Of a DNA stretch of 64,000 nt, positions 28,904 through 39,590 are shown piece by piece. Under the pieces are notes generated by a model. The model saw nothing but the letters and a program-made list of their open reading frames with translations. It did not search any database and was not told the origin of the DNA. The stretch is from an uncultured Bacteroides sp. (GTDB lineage: Bacteria; Bacteroidota; Bacteroidia; Bacteroidales; Bacteroidaceae). The translations under genes and the position numbers were made by a program. The DNA lies in contig NZ_CAXXKL010000003.1 of NCBI RefSeq assembly GCF_963677715.2, forward strand, positions 720,044 through 784,043. The letters run 5' to 3'. How positions within the stretch are numbered: the first letter of the stretch is position 1; the number at the start of each line of letters is the position of its first letter.

Positions 28904-31900
28904 TTATTTAAAAGACAGATTCACTCCAAAAATAATATTGCATGTCATGGCATCTGTTGAATTAATACTGGTAGATATTTGCTCTGGATCATATACATTA
29001 TCAGCACAAAAAATAAACGGATTCTGAACTGTAGCATACAATCTCAAATTCCCCAGATTCATTCTATCGAGTAAAGAACGTCTCAAAGTATATCCAAATG
29101 TAATATAAGAAATCTTCAAATAGTCAGTTGATGAAAAGGTATGAGACATGCCTGCTTTCGTGTTTCCCCATGAACCGGCCAGATCACGATATGGCCCCAT
29201 ATTATTGGGCTGCGCCATAGAATTTGAAGGATTTTCAGGAGTCCAGTAATTCTTCCTCAAATTATTAAAATTCAAATTATTATTTTCAAGAGCATACTGC
29301 ACAAAGAACTGATTACGGACTTTTGCACCCGCTTGGAAAATTGCCTGAAATGATAAATCAAAATTCTTATAGGTAAGAGTATTAGTCATTCCTCCATTCC
29401 AATCGGGAGTTCTCTTTCCGCTTATAACGCGGTCTTTATCATCTATAGTACCATCTTTATTCAAATCTAGAACCTTAAATTGCCCAGGCTTACAACCATA
29501 TGCTGCCGCCGCTTCAGCCTCATCACTTTGCCATACCCCCACAGTTATAAGATTATAATTTATATCGATAGGCTGACCTATCACCCACAAATTACTATAG
29601 TCCCCAAACATTCCGTTCATAGATTCGCCACGTGAAGTTAAGTCCTCCTTGTATTGCAAGTCGACAATTTTGTTCTTATTATATGCAAAATTAAAATTTG
29701 TTCTCCAAGAAAAATCTTTATTCTGAATATTTTGTGCATTTAAAGAAAACTCAATTCCCTGATTCCTGACAGAACCAACATTAGCCTTTACCGAAGAATA
29801 CCCAGTAGTCACAGGAACAGTCTTATTCATAATAAGATCTTCCGTCAATCGATTGTAATATTCAATATCCCCTGATATACGATTATTAAAAAAACCATAA
29901 TCAATACCAATGTTATACTCTGTCGTTGATTCCCAACCCAAATCAAAGTTTCTCAGATTATTAGGAGTATATCCGATCACATCAGTCGATCCAAAGGTAT
30001 AATATTTAGCACCACTGATGGAACCTTCCGTCTGATAAGCACTCACATTGTCATTGCCTGTTTTACCATAACTTACACGTAATTTCATATTACTCAACCA
30101 ATCGTTTTTCATGAATTCTTCTTCCGAAAGTCTCCATGCCACAGAAGCTGAAGGGAAACTAGCCCATTTATTTCCTTCCGCAAGTTTAGATGAACCATCA
30201 AAACGGATACTCGCAGTAAATAAATATTTATCCTTATACACATAATTAGCACGCACAAGATATGACATTAAGTCGGTCTTTGTAAAACCAGATGAGGATG
30301 CATTTGAATTAGCACCGCCAGATAAATTATACCATAAAGAGTTATATGAAAGTCCATTACCTATTCCTTTTAATGTTTCGTCTTGACTTTGTTGCATCGA
30401 AAACACGCCAGTCAAGTCCAAACGATGATTCTTCTTTGTGATATTATAATTAATCAGATTATCCCATACCCAATCTACATAACTATTCTTAGCATAATTA
30501 CTTGTTGCAGCATTCTGTCCTTTATTAGCTTTGGTATACTTACCTCTATATTGACCTATTTCGTTAATAGTAATATTTGGAGAGAATGTTGTTTTAATTT
30601 CCATTCCTTTAATTGGGCTAATTGACAAATAAATATTGCTAAGAAGGTTATACTCTTTTGTTTTATTCAATTCATTCTTCATAGTTGTCAATGCATTATA
30701 CTGCCCATTGGAGTACGACCAAACCTCCTCACCGGTTACCAAATCAGTCGGGTGATATGTTGGACGCAAGCGGAATGCATCTTGCAGTAAATCTGAATTT
30801 CCGGTATCTCGAACCGAATGAGTACCATACATATTAATTCCAAACTTCATATACTTGCTTGGCTTAACATCAACTACAGCTCTCAAATTATAGCGAGAAT
30901 ATTCCTGAGGTTCCAACATTCCATCTTCATAATAATAGCCAGCAGACAAAGCGTAAGAAGCCGCTTCTGTGCCTCCTGTTGCTGATATCGTATGATTCGT
31001 CATAAATGCAGTCGATGAAATGGCATCTAACCAATTAAAGTAATTGTTGTCGGCTATAGCCTTTAATTCCGATGGCGTGAATATACTGCTATCATCTACA
31101 TATACATTATTATTAGCAGCTCTTTTGGCTTCACGAGCCAATTGTACATACTCAGGACCAGACATCATGTCCGGCAGATTGGTGTAATTTCTAATGCCAG
31201 TATAACCACTATAGTCTATCTTAACCTTTCCCAACTGCCCTTTCTTGGTAGTAACCATCACAACGCCGTTCGTTGCCCGTGAACCATAAATGGCCGTAGA
31301 TGATGCATCTTTCAAAATGTCAATTTTCTCAATATCATCAGGATTGATATTAGAAAGAGATGCACCTGGTACTCCATCAATAACCACCAACGGAGACGTA
31401 GATCCACTAATCGTATTTAAACCACGAATAAGAATATTGTATTCACCACCAGGCTTACTATTAGCATGCTGGATTTGCACACCAGGCATAACACCTTGCA
31501 TAGCACCTACTGCATCTGTCTTTCCACTTCTGATAAGTTCTTTGGTTGAAACAGAAGAGACTGCACCTGTTAAGTCCGATTTTTTAACCGAACCATAGCC
31601 AACAACTACCACTTCATCGAGAATTTCCGCATCCTCTTGAAGGATAATTTTAAAATCTCGTTTAGAACCTACAATTATCTCTTGATTTTTGAACCCTACA
31701 AAAGAAATTTGCAACTTCGATTCAGGCGAAATGTTCAAACTAAAATGACCATTTAGATCAGTAATAATTCCATTCGTTGTTCCCTTCTCCACTACAGATG
31801 CACCAATAATAGGTTCGCCACTTACATCGACAACTTGGCCAATAATCCTCAACTTGTTTTGCAGAACTTCCTGCATTTTGAGGGAAGTCTGAGCATCATG

Positions 31901-32014
31901 GTTCAATTGTTCTTCGGCTACCAAATTCCCATATGGCAGGCAAAACAATGTAAAAAACATTAAAATTAATTTTAATAAATTCAAACTTTTGTGATTTCGT
32001 CTAATTTTATACAT
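28904..32014 (-). CDS. SusC-like TonB-dependent transporter (no STN extension)
   Basis: CarboxypepD-like N-terminus, VVVVGYG, ILKDASSTAIYGSRA.NGV, C-terminal FGVNLSF. Confidence 0.96.
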   Translation of the reverse strand: MYKIRRNHKSLNLLKLILMFFTLFCLPYGNLVAEEQLNHDAQTSLKMQEVLQNKLRIIGQVVDVSGEPIIGASVVEKGTTNGIITDLNGHFSLNISPESKLQISFVGFKNQEIIVGSKRDFKIILQEDAEILDEVVVVGYGSVKKSDLTGAVSSVSTKELIRSGKTDAVGAMQGVMPGVQIQHANSKPGGEYNILIRGLNTISGSTSPLVVIDGVPGASLSNINPDDIEKIDILKDASSTAIYGSRATNGVVMVTTKKGQLGKVKIDYSGYTGIRNYTNLPDMMSGPEYVQLAREAKRAANNNVYVDDSSIFTPSELKAIADNNYFNWLDAISSTAFMTNHTISATGGTEAASYALSAGYYYEDGMLEPQEYSRYNLRAVVDVKPSKYMKFGINMYGTHSVRDTGNSDLLQDAFRLRPTYHPTDLVTGEEVWSYSNGQYNALTTMKNELNKTKEYNLLSNIYLSISPIKGMEIKTTFSPNITINEIGQYRGKYTKANKGQNAATSNYAKNSYVDWVWDNLINYNITKKNHRLDLTGVFSMQQSQDETLKGIGNGLSYNSLWYNLSGGANSNASSSGFTKTDLMSYLVRANYVYKDKYLFTASIRFDGSSKLAEGNKWASFPSASVAWRLSEEEFMKNDWLSNMKLRVSYGKTGNDNVSAYQTEGSISGAKYYTFGSTDVIGYTPNNLRNFDLGWESTTEYNIGIDYGFFNNRISGDIEYYNRLTEDLIMNKTVPVTTGYSSVKANVGSVRNQGIEFSLNAQNIQNKDFSWRTNFNFAYNKNKIVDLQYKEDLTSRGESMNGMFGDYSNLWVIGQPIDINYNLITVGVWQSDEAEAAAAYGCKPGQFKVLDLNKDGTIDDKDRVISGKRTPDWNGGMTNTLTYKNFDLSFQAIFQAGAKVRNQFFVQYALENNNLNFNNLRKNYWTPENPSNSMAQPNNMGPYRDLAGSWGNTKAGMSHTFSSTDYLKISYITFGYTLRRSLLDRMNLGNLRLYATVQNPFIFCADNVYDPEQISTSINSTDAMTCNIIFGVNLSFK

Positions 32015-32287
32015 AACAAAGATTTAAAGTTTTAAAAATTAAAAACTACACATTCATTTATAAAACGAACATTAACTCTCAATTGTGCATGCTCATAAAA
32101 AACCATACACCAAACAACAAATAATACTGTACTTCCATATTCATTTTATTTCCAGACATAAAAGACATCTATTATATTCCTTCTCAGAGTAGTATGATGA
32201 TTTACATCAGAACTGATTTATTTAATCATTTACTCAGAGAAATATATTTTATACTAAATATAGCCCATTTAAAGTTAATAGGCTTAC

Positions 32288-32806
32288 TTAGATACATTTT
32301 CTGATATAAGCCCTCATGCATTTTCTACCCAACAATAAATGATTTTCAATAGTGCGACGGCTAAGATTCATTTTCTCGGAAATTTCATCTGTCGTTTCAT
32401 TATCAAATCTGCTTAGCGAATATATAATCTTACGCTGAGTGGGGAAAGTTTGAAGGTGAGATCTCTCTAAAGACAAAATATCTCTAGCTATAAGGTTCTC
32501 TTCCGTTTCATTGGTCACTGTAATTGAAATATCGTACATATATGAAGTAACCTCTTGTTTCTTATAGTAACGACGAATGTAATCGGTTACGATATTGCGG
32601 GCAATGGTAAAAAGGAAATATTTCACTGTGTCTTCCCGAAGCATTTGCTCATAATCAAGCAATCGCATAAATACGTCTTGCACCAAATCTTCAGCTTCAT
32701 ACTTGTGATTAATACGATAGGTAATATACTTCAGAATGATCTGATAATATTCTTCGTATGAACGAGCAACGACACCCTCGTCTACAGAATTTGATAAGTT
32801 TTTCAT
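32288..32806 (-). CDS. ECF sigma factor without an adjacent anti-sigma
   Basis: AEDLVQDVFMRL, LFTIARNIVTDY, EIS....SRRTIENHL. Start moved to ATG 32806 because a TATATTTG box lies inside the longer ORF. Confidence 0.9.
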   Translation of the reverse strand: MKNLSNSVDEGVVARSYEEYYQIILKYITYRINHKYEAEDLVQDVFMRLLDYEQMLREDTVKYFLFTIARNIVTDYIRRYYKKQEVTSYMYDISITVTNETEENLIARDILSLERSHLQTFPTQRKIIYSLSRFDNETTDEISEKMNLSRRTIENHLLLGRKCMRAYIRKCI

Positions 32807-32954
32807 AATACGATCATTTTCGATATTTGGAATACGATTGCAAATATATAGTGGTGCAAAAGCAAAACAATATTTAATAGACACTAACAAATCTCAGCGC
32901 ATTAAGACAGACTAAATAAATCATAAACCACTGATTATCAGATGATAACATACA

Positions 32955-32994
32955 AATAAAAATAGAGTCTCAAATTATTATTCAAGACTCTATT
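32955..32994 (-). terminator. Terminator of the propeller-AraC gene
   Basis: AATAGAGTCT...AGACTCTATT stem with a minus-strand T run. Confidence 0.7.
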
Positions 32995-33018
32995 GCGGAA
33001 TATTATGTTCTTAAACAC

Positions 33019-35823
33019 TTATTCGTTTGAAGCTCCTATACTACGAATGTATTCATTAGGAGTAATCCCTGTACTTTTCTTAAAAGAGCGGAAAAAAGAA
33101 GCACGTGAACTAAATCCGCATAATTCAGCTAAGGCACTTAATGTATATCGGGAATACTGAGAATCATTCACTAATTTTTTAAATTCCATTATGCGGTATT
33201 CATTAATAAAATCATAATAAGATTGATTCAAATATTGATTAAATACATACGATAATGAATAAGAAGATGTATGAATGGCAAGAGCCAAATCCGCAATCTT
33301 CAGGTCTGTATTGATATAAGGCTTGTGCTCATTGATGTAGGCAGTAAGACTTTCGTATAAAATTTTACATTCTTCCTCACTCAGGCGATTCGTTTTATAT
33401 TTCTCTTCATTAGGCTTCTCCGTATGCAACGCAAGATTTTCAGCCGATAATTCCATGCTGATTTGCTCCCCGGCCTTTTTATTATTAATCCTCATTTTCC
33501 AATAATAGACAAAGCCTACCAATAGTAATATACACACAACCGAAAACAACCAGAACCAAACAGAATAGGCCAGAGCTATTTCAACATTTAAGGAAACAAC
33601 CGACTTTTCGTTACCAGGAATGCGTACGTGAAAAGTGTAACTACCGGGGGATAAATCGTAGTAATAAACTTCATTCTGTCCGGTAATTAAATGCCAATTA
33701 TTATCAATGCCGTCAAGTTTGTACTCATATACTATCGTTGCCGGATCGGTATACGATAAATTGGTAAAGCTTAATGTTAAATTGTTCTGATTGTGTTTCA
33801 ACGATAAACATTGAGTTGCAGCGAGTTCACATTTTTCTATAGAATCAAGAGGAGCGCCATTCACCATTATATTGGTAAGCACTATTTTATAAGGGTATCG
33901 ACTCGCCTCATCAGAATGTGTTGGATTTACATACAACAGTCCTTTCGTATTACCAAACCACAAAATACCTTTTTCATCCTTATAGGCCGTACCGTTTGTA
34001 AAAGTAGGGCTTGGTATGCCATCACTAAAATTATAAGTAGAATAAATTTTATTACTCTCTTTTTCACGCAGCAGTCCGTCGTCGCAACCAAACCAAAGCC
34101 ACCCCATATTATCTTCTACCACCGACATATATGCATTACCATGTAGCGCCGGATTTATAGGAGTGCGATAAAAGTGATTCATAGACAGACTAGAAGTAAA
34201 CATACTCCCTTTATCCGGTAAAAAATACAAATTATGATGTGAATCCTCATAAATAGTGCGAATTTTCTCTTTATGCACAAAACCGTCCGGAAATACATTT
34301 GTTTTCATCGTGCCCGAAGAAGGATCAAAGATACAGAGTCCTGTCTCCGTGCAGATCCATCCCTTTTTAGTTGAATCAAAAAATATTTCATAAACATTGC
34401 CTTCGGGAAGCTGTGAATTAGAACTATTATAGATCTTCACCTCTTTGCTATCAGCATTGTAACAGTAAACCCCCGCAGAGGTTCCCATCCATAAGTTACC
34501 AACAACGTCGGTATCAAAACAGAAAAAATGTCCTTTCTGAAATAATTCAGATGAATAGCCTTTAAAATCGCGTATAGATAAATTCGAGGGATTAAAGATT
34601 GACAAGCCACCACCATAAGTTCCAATATAAAACTCTCCTCTATAAAAGCCAATTGAAAGAATAAGATTTGAACGTAATTGGGGGATTACAAACTTCTTCA
34701 CGATTTTAGTATCTTCATTAACATAATAAAGTCCATCTCTTGTGCCAATCAGTTTCTCTGCTCCATGAATAAAGAAGGAACGAACCGGAAGATCTAAAGA
34801 ATCAAAAAAAGGTGGAAAAGAATAAACGTTGAACAAGCCACTCTGATACATGCTATAATCAAAACCTGCCTGATAAAAACCGATCCAGACAATGCCTTCC
34901 TTGTCCACCAATAGCGAATAAACAGAATTTGATCGGATACTGCTTTTATCTTTTGCATCATGCCTCAAAGAACGAATCAGTTTCTTTTGGCTATGCGAAA
35001 TAAAGTGCACCCCATTACCATCTGTAGATACATAAAGTAAATCTTTGCCATCACTTGATATGGACGATATGATATTGCAACCAACATCAACAAAACGAGA
35101 AAACCGATGCGTAAAAAGATCAAAGCTGATAATGCCCAAACCTGATGTTCCCAAATACAGTGTGTTTTTAATACGAGTCAAGTTGCGAAACATACAAGAT
35201 AAGTGACCTTTAGTTGTAAAATGATAACCATCAATCTTTCCTGTTACCGGATTATAAGAAAACAGACCTTTTTCCGTAGCTAACCAAAGCAAACCTGAAT
35301 TATCAACATTAATGCCACAGATACTATTACTTGGAGAAAAAATATTCTTGTCGACCAGTACCCTGTTTAGCTGACCAGAAGAATAAATAAATAGCCCTTT
35401 CTCTGTTCCTATATAAAGTGTTCCTTTAGCATCAAAAAGTAGAGACAGTACGGTAAAGTCAATTGTTTCGGAAGCAATATGTACCATTGACTCCGTCGCC
35501 TTATTTAAGCGCCAAAGGCCTAGGCCGTTCCCCACCCACAATTGTCCGGCATGGTCTTCCAGAATGGCATTAACCCGTTTTCGTTTTACATCCGCGCCTA
35601 CAAAAGAATAATGTTTAATTTTAACACCATCAAAACGATCCAGGCAATTATCAGTACCTAACCAAACAAAACCTTCCGAATCTTTATAAATAACATTCAC
35701 CAGAAGATCGGAAAGGCCTTCTGCCATTGCCACTCCCCTAAATGTATAAGGCTGCGCAGATAACAAACAAGAAAACAAACAAACGAACAATAACCAACTG
35801 TATCTCAATGTGCTTCTCATCAA
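33019..35823 (-). CDS. Membrane sensor-regulator: beta-propeller + Y_Y_Y + TM + AraC HTH, with no kinase or receiver domain
   Basis: Repeats of D..G.(V/L)W.GT, YEYKLDG.D..W, TM (WFWLFSVVCILLLVGFVYYW) and AraC HTH (CGFSSRASFFRSFKK.TG.TP). No H-box, ATPase or REC motifs. Confidence 0.88.
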   Translation of the reverse strand: MMRSTLRYSWLLFVCLFSCLLSAQPYTFRGVAMAEGLSDLLVNVIYKDSEGFVWLGTDNCLDRFDGVKIKHYSFVGADVKRKRVNAILEDHAGQLWVGNGLGLWRLNKATESMVHIASETIDFTVLSLLFDAKGTLYIGTEKGLFIYSSGQLNRVLVDKNIFSPSNSICGINVDNSGLLWLATEKGLFSYNPVTGKIDGYHFTTKGHLSCMFRNLTRIKNTLYLGTSGLGIISFDLFTHRFSRFVDVGCNIISSISSDGKDLLYVSTDGNGVHFISHSQKKLIRSLRHDAKDKSSIRSNSVYSLLVDKEGIVWIGFYQAGFDYSMYQSGLFNVYSFPPFFDSLDLPVRSFFIHGAEKLIGTRDGLYYVNEDTKIVKKFVIPQLRSNLILSIGFYRGEFYIGTYGGGLSIFNPSNLSIRDFKGYSSELFQKGHFFCFDTDVVGNLWMGTSAGVYCYNADSKEVKIYNSSNSQLPEGNVYEIFFDSTKKGWICTETGLCIFDPSSGTMKTNVFPDGFVHKEKIRTIYEDSHHNLYFLPDKGSMFTSSLSMNHFYRTPINPALHGNAYMSVVEDNMGWLWFGCDDGLLREKESNKIYSTYNFSDGIPSPTFTNGTAYKDEKGILWFGNTKGLLYVNPTHSDEASRYPYKIVLTNIMVNGAPLDSIEKCELAATQCLSLKHNQNNLTLSFTNLSYTDPATIVYEYKLDGIDNNWHLITGQNEVYYYDLSPGSYTFHVRIPGNEKSVVSLNVEIALAYSVWFWLFSVVCILLLVGFVYYWKMRINNKKAGEQISMELSAENLALHTEKPNEEKYKTNRLSEEECKILYESLTAYINEHKPYINTDLKIADLALAIHTSSYSLSYVFNQYLNQSYYDFINEYRIMEFKKLVNDSQYSRYTLSALAELCGFSSRASFFRSFKKSTGITPNEYIRSIGASNE

Positions 35824-35973
35824 TAAACGACTGTTTTAAAGAAAAGTATATTCTATAATTGCATGAGTATGGTTACAAATATAATGATTATTACCATTTA
35901 GTAGGATCAATGCAATAAAAAAGTCCGTAAGAGAATATTATATCCCATAACGGACCGAAAGTAATTTGTTAGA

Positions 35974-38700
35974 TTACAATGCTTTGCATGCAGTAGTAGC
36001 CAGTTCGTATTTTTTTGTTCCGATAGTAATCGTGCATGGAACGGATGAAGTAACATACCATTTACCCATTTTCTTTTCAAGCGCTATATTAGCAATTGTT
36101 TGTGCTTCAATACTTATATCAGACGATTCTATTTCTGTTCCGTTTCCAAGAAAGTATGTGCAATCTCCGTTTGGTTTCAAACTAACTACGGCATAGGTGC
36201 CGCGAACAGTATATTTACCGTATATTGCTTCACCCGATTCGCTTCCTTGCGAAAAGATATAATCAATTCGTCCGTCCTTGCTTGTAACACAGATACCGGC
36301 AAAATCCGGTGCTACAGTTTTTGCATCAAAAAAATTGATTGAAGCGATGTTTGACGGTTCTGACTTACTACTTGGCTCAAATATTGAAACAAAAGGATGC
36401 ATCCATGCTTCCCCTTTCTGACGGGCAACGAAAGTAAGAGTCGGTTGATCTTTAATACTATATGGCATACCGGGAGCGCGACTCAATCCATCACACACCG
36501 GGCTAAGGGCAGCAAAAATTTCCCGATCGCGCTCGCCCCTCATCCACATATTCATAAAAACATCGTCGCCATCAGACTTTTTTATCGTAAAAGTAGCTTT
36601 TATATCTTTGTTTGTAACAACGCTTTTTTTATTATATATATAAGAGTAGGCATACAAGTGTCCACCCGCAAAAGCCAATTCCTGTGTAGGCTGAAAATTA
36701 AGATCAGAGCCATCAGCAGCTGTTATTTTCATACTCTGCCCCAGGTTATGATAAAAATAATCGTGCATCTTGTCTCCCCCCCGCTCCTTTCGGCTTCGAA
36801 AGATATCCACATAATAACCCGTCTGCGGTCCGGTAGTAATAATACTCATCAATCTTGTTTGATCAGCCCTGCTCTCCGGCTCACGAAAGCTCACATCACT
36901 ATAGCTTATGCCTTTGTATATTCCCTCTTTTTCCTGTGGAGCCGGATAGCAACCACGCAGATCAAAAGCATGATTACTCTTCATAATGGGATAACCGGAT
37001 ATGCCATCTACACACACCGTGTTATGAGCAGGAAACTGACCATAATACTCCAAATAATCAAGACCGGAATATAAGCTCTGACCTATACCGGCATCAGGAC
37101 CAAGAACAAAACCTTTACCGTAAAGTTCCATGGAAATTCCATTGGCATGCATGTGATTACCTTCACTGGCATTTTGCGAAATCATCAGACTATGATGCAC
37201 ATCCATGCCATTTCTTTGTACAAACCAGCTTACATTAGGCGCATAAAAAGTCGGAGTCACATAATCTTCTATCTTGCCTGCAGGTATCTCAGTATTAAGA
37301 GTCAAAGGTTTATCCGAGAAAAAAGAAGTAACAGCCACCCGCATATTTTCAGCTTTATCGATCGGTATATTCGTTTGCGGATTGAAGAGTTTAAACATTT
37401 CAGTAAAACGACGTTCCTGGCCTTTTTTGCCATATTGCTGAGCATTACTCACCATTCGTGCAAAAAAGTCCGAACGTAAGTAATCAGGATGTGTATCACC
37501 AAAACCGCAAATCATTCTATTGGGAAACAGATATTGGGGAGTAGCCGCTACGGCTTTCTCTATTACAGGAATCGCTTTCACCAAGTCAATGCCCAAATTA
37601 CGATCTATCAAATCAGCAAAATTAGCATAATCGGCTACCACGTTACAACTATATCCGGGGCATTCTGCCCAGATGCCTGTCTTTGCATCAAAACCATAAT
37701 CGGCAAGATGAGTAAGGCTCCACTGGCGAATAGAAGATTGATTGAGCACATAATCCAAATAATACTCGCGCCCTTTGTTATCCCCATAATTACGGTTATC
37801 TTCAAGTATAAGACCAATATCCATAATAAAACGGGCCTGAATAAGATTCCAGTTATTATGTGGCACCCCATTATCTATAATATTATCCGCCCATTTTTTG
37901 AAAGCATCCGCATAAATAGCCATTTTGCCCGATTTATTCGCTTTCAGATAATCATAAAGAAAATCATAAAGAGGAACCACAGCATTGAGCACATCTTCGT
38001 GTATCACCTCAAAAGAAGTCATTCCTACTAAAGTTTGTTGATGACCATGATTGAGATCTTTCGGCACATTGCGATAATAAATACCCGTCATGTACGTATC
38101 AAAAACCATCGCTGCCAAGTCACCATATTTTTTCTCACCTGTTATCCACCATAAAAAAGCCGCATCACGCGCAATACCCATAATCTCGGTATTGACACTC
38201 GCAATCATCATTCCGGTTTTGCTTATATCAGCCCATTCCAGTGGACTGCCCGGCAAAGCATTGTTATGTAACTCTATCCCTCGCGAATCTTCACTATAAG
38301 GCATAATATCTTCCAATTCGGGACGGGCATAATTGGTGGCATGACTGCGGGCTCCGACATATTGCACCGTCGGAGCAGGTGCCTTCTCACCCCCTGCATG
38401 ATCAAAAAACTCCCCCTTAATATATACATCCGTCGCATGACTCTTCCAGTACATTTGCAATCTCGAAGTAAGCCATTCAGGGTCACGATCGGCATATACA
38501 TCCGTGCGCTGTTTTAACTTAGCAAATAGTTCTTCGGCCCAGGTTTCATCCTTTATCAGCTTAAGCGTTTCTTTTCTATCCGCTACAGTAGTTAACACAC
38601 GAGGATGACTTTGCAACATTTTATCAGGCAAAGAAATATGTTGTGCTACCGCCACTTGCAAGGAGAGCAGTAGAGTGAAAAGCGCTAAAAAAGTCTTCAT
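35974..38700 (-). CDS. Heparinase II/III-like polysaccharide lyase
   Basis: Signal peptide MKTFLALF...AVA/Q, HPRVL, G.W.ECPGY, GFGD, HMHANGISMELYGKG...GPDAG, AHNTV.VDG. Start moved downstream of a promoter box. Confidence 0.8.
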   Translation of the reverse strand: MKTFLALFTLLLSLQVAVAQHISLPDKMLQSHPRVLTTVADRKETLKLIKDETWAEELFAKLKQRTDVYADRDPEWLTSRLQMYWKSHATDVYIKGEFFDHAGGEKAPAPTVQYVGARSHATNYARPELEDIMPYSEDSRGIELHNNALPGSPLEWADISKTGMMIASVNTEIMGIARDAAFLWWITGEKKYGDLAAMVFDTYMTGIYYRNVPKDLNHGHQQTLVGMTSFEVIHEDVLNAVVPLYDFLYDYLKANKSGKMAIYADAFKKWADNIIDNGVPHNNWNLIQARFIMDIGLILEDNRNYGDNKGREYYLDYVLNQSSIRQWSLTHLADYGFDAKTGIWAECPGYSCNVVADYANFADLIDRNLGIDLVKAIPVIEKAVAATPQYLFPNRMICGFGDTHPDYLRSDFFARMVSNAQQYGKKGQERRFTEMFKLFNPQTNIPIDKAENMRVAVTSFFSDKPLTLNTEIPAGKIEDYVTPTFYAPNVSWFVQRNGMDVHHSLMISQNASEGNHMHANGISMELYGKGFVLGPDAGIGQSLYSGLDYLEYYGQFPAHNTVCVDGISGYPIMKSNHAFDLRGCYPAPQEKEGIYKGISYSDVSFREPESRADQTRLMSIITTGPQTGYYVDIFRSRKERGGDKMHDYFYHNLGQSMKITAADGSDLNFQPTQELAFAGGHLYAYSYIYNKKSVVTNKDIKATFTIKKSDGDDVFMNMWMRGERDREIFAALSPVCDGLSRAPGMPYSIKDQPTLTFVARQKGEAWMHPFVSIFEPSSKSEPSNIASINFFDAKTVAPDFAGICVTSKDGRIDYIFSQGSESGEAIYGKYTVRGTYAVVSLKPNGDCTYFLGNGTEIESSDISIEAQTIANIALEKKMGKWYVTSSVPCTITIGTKKYELATTACKAL

Positions 38701-38778
38701 GGTAATCTTCATTAAATAGTTTCGATTACACAAATATACGAATGAAGCACCCAAAATACCTAATATGTTTTTCTATGG

Positions 38779-39414
38779 CTATAACAAATGTCCGTATTCT
38801 ATAGTAAGAAGTTGAATGACAGATGCAACCATCAGTGTGTAAGAAGTTTCTGTTTTTACATAATCGGTCAACTCTCTTTGCAGAAATGAAATAGCCCATT
38901 TATAACGAGTACGCACAGTACTTTCACTCACACCGAGAATATCTATCACTTCTTTTTCAGAATAACCTTTTTTCCAACAATACACAAAAATATTCTGTGT
39001 GAGTTCGGGCATGCGTTCTATCGTTTTATCAATTATTGCATATATATCCTTAGTGTCCAACTCTTCGAGCACATGGGTATAATGAAACTGTTGCGATACA
39101 TTCTCGAGCAAATCTCCGTCTTCGCTGCTTAGCACCCGTGCATCGGCCGAATTAAGATAGTCAATCATGCGGGAAGTGAAGTATTTGTATAAGTAACTTT
39201 TTGCCGATCCCTCTTCATCGGTCTTTACCGATGAGGGATTTTTCCATATAATTATCCAGAAATTCTGCATGATATCGCACGTCATGTCCCGGCTCCGTGT
39301 GCGGGTAAAGGCCAGTCCGTAGAATAAGCGTTTGTAACGATTATAAAAAAGTTCAAAAGCCATATTGTCTCCCACTAAAATACGCTCAAGTAATTCTTTA
39401 TCAGTGGCATACAT
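38779..39414 (-). CDS. ECF sigma factor
   Basis: AFELFYNRY, DIMQNFW..IW, MPELTQ.IF, region 4 VSESTVRTR; divergent from FecR. Confidence 0.88.
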   Translation of the reverse strand: MYATDKELLERILVGDNMAFELFYNRYKRLFYGLAFTRTRSRDMTCDIMQNFWIIIWKNPSSVKTDEEGSAKSYLYKYFTSRMIDYLNSADARVLSSEDGDLLENVSQQFHYTHVLEELDTKDIYAIIDKTIERMPELTQNIFVYCWKKGYSEKEVIDILGVSESTVRTRYKWAISFLQRELTDYVKTETSYTLMVASVIQLLTIEYGHLL

Positions 39415-39590
39415 AATTCATCGATTTAAATGTGTCGCAAAATAACGACTTGCTTGTTACAGACACATTACGTTTTTATGCCAATATCCTCAATCGCAGA
39501 AGAAATAAATATGAAACACTTTCTTAACCTATCTGACAAAAAATACAACATCATCGCTTCGTTATCTATAAAACGAGCAATAATAAATGT

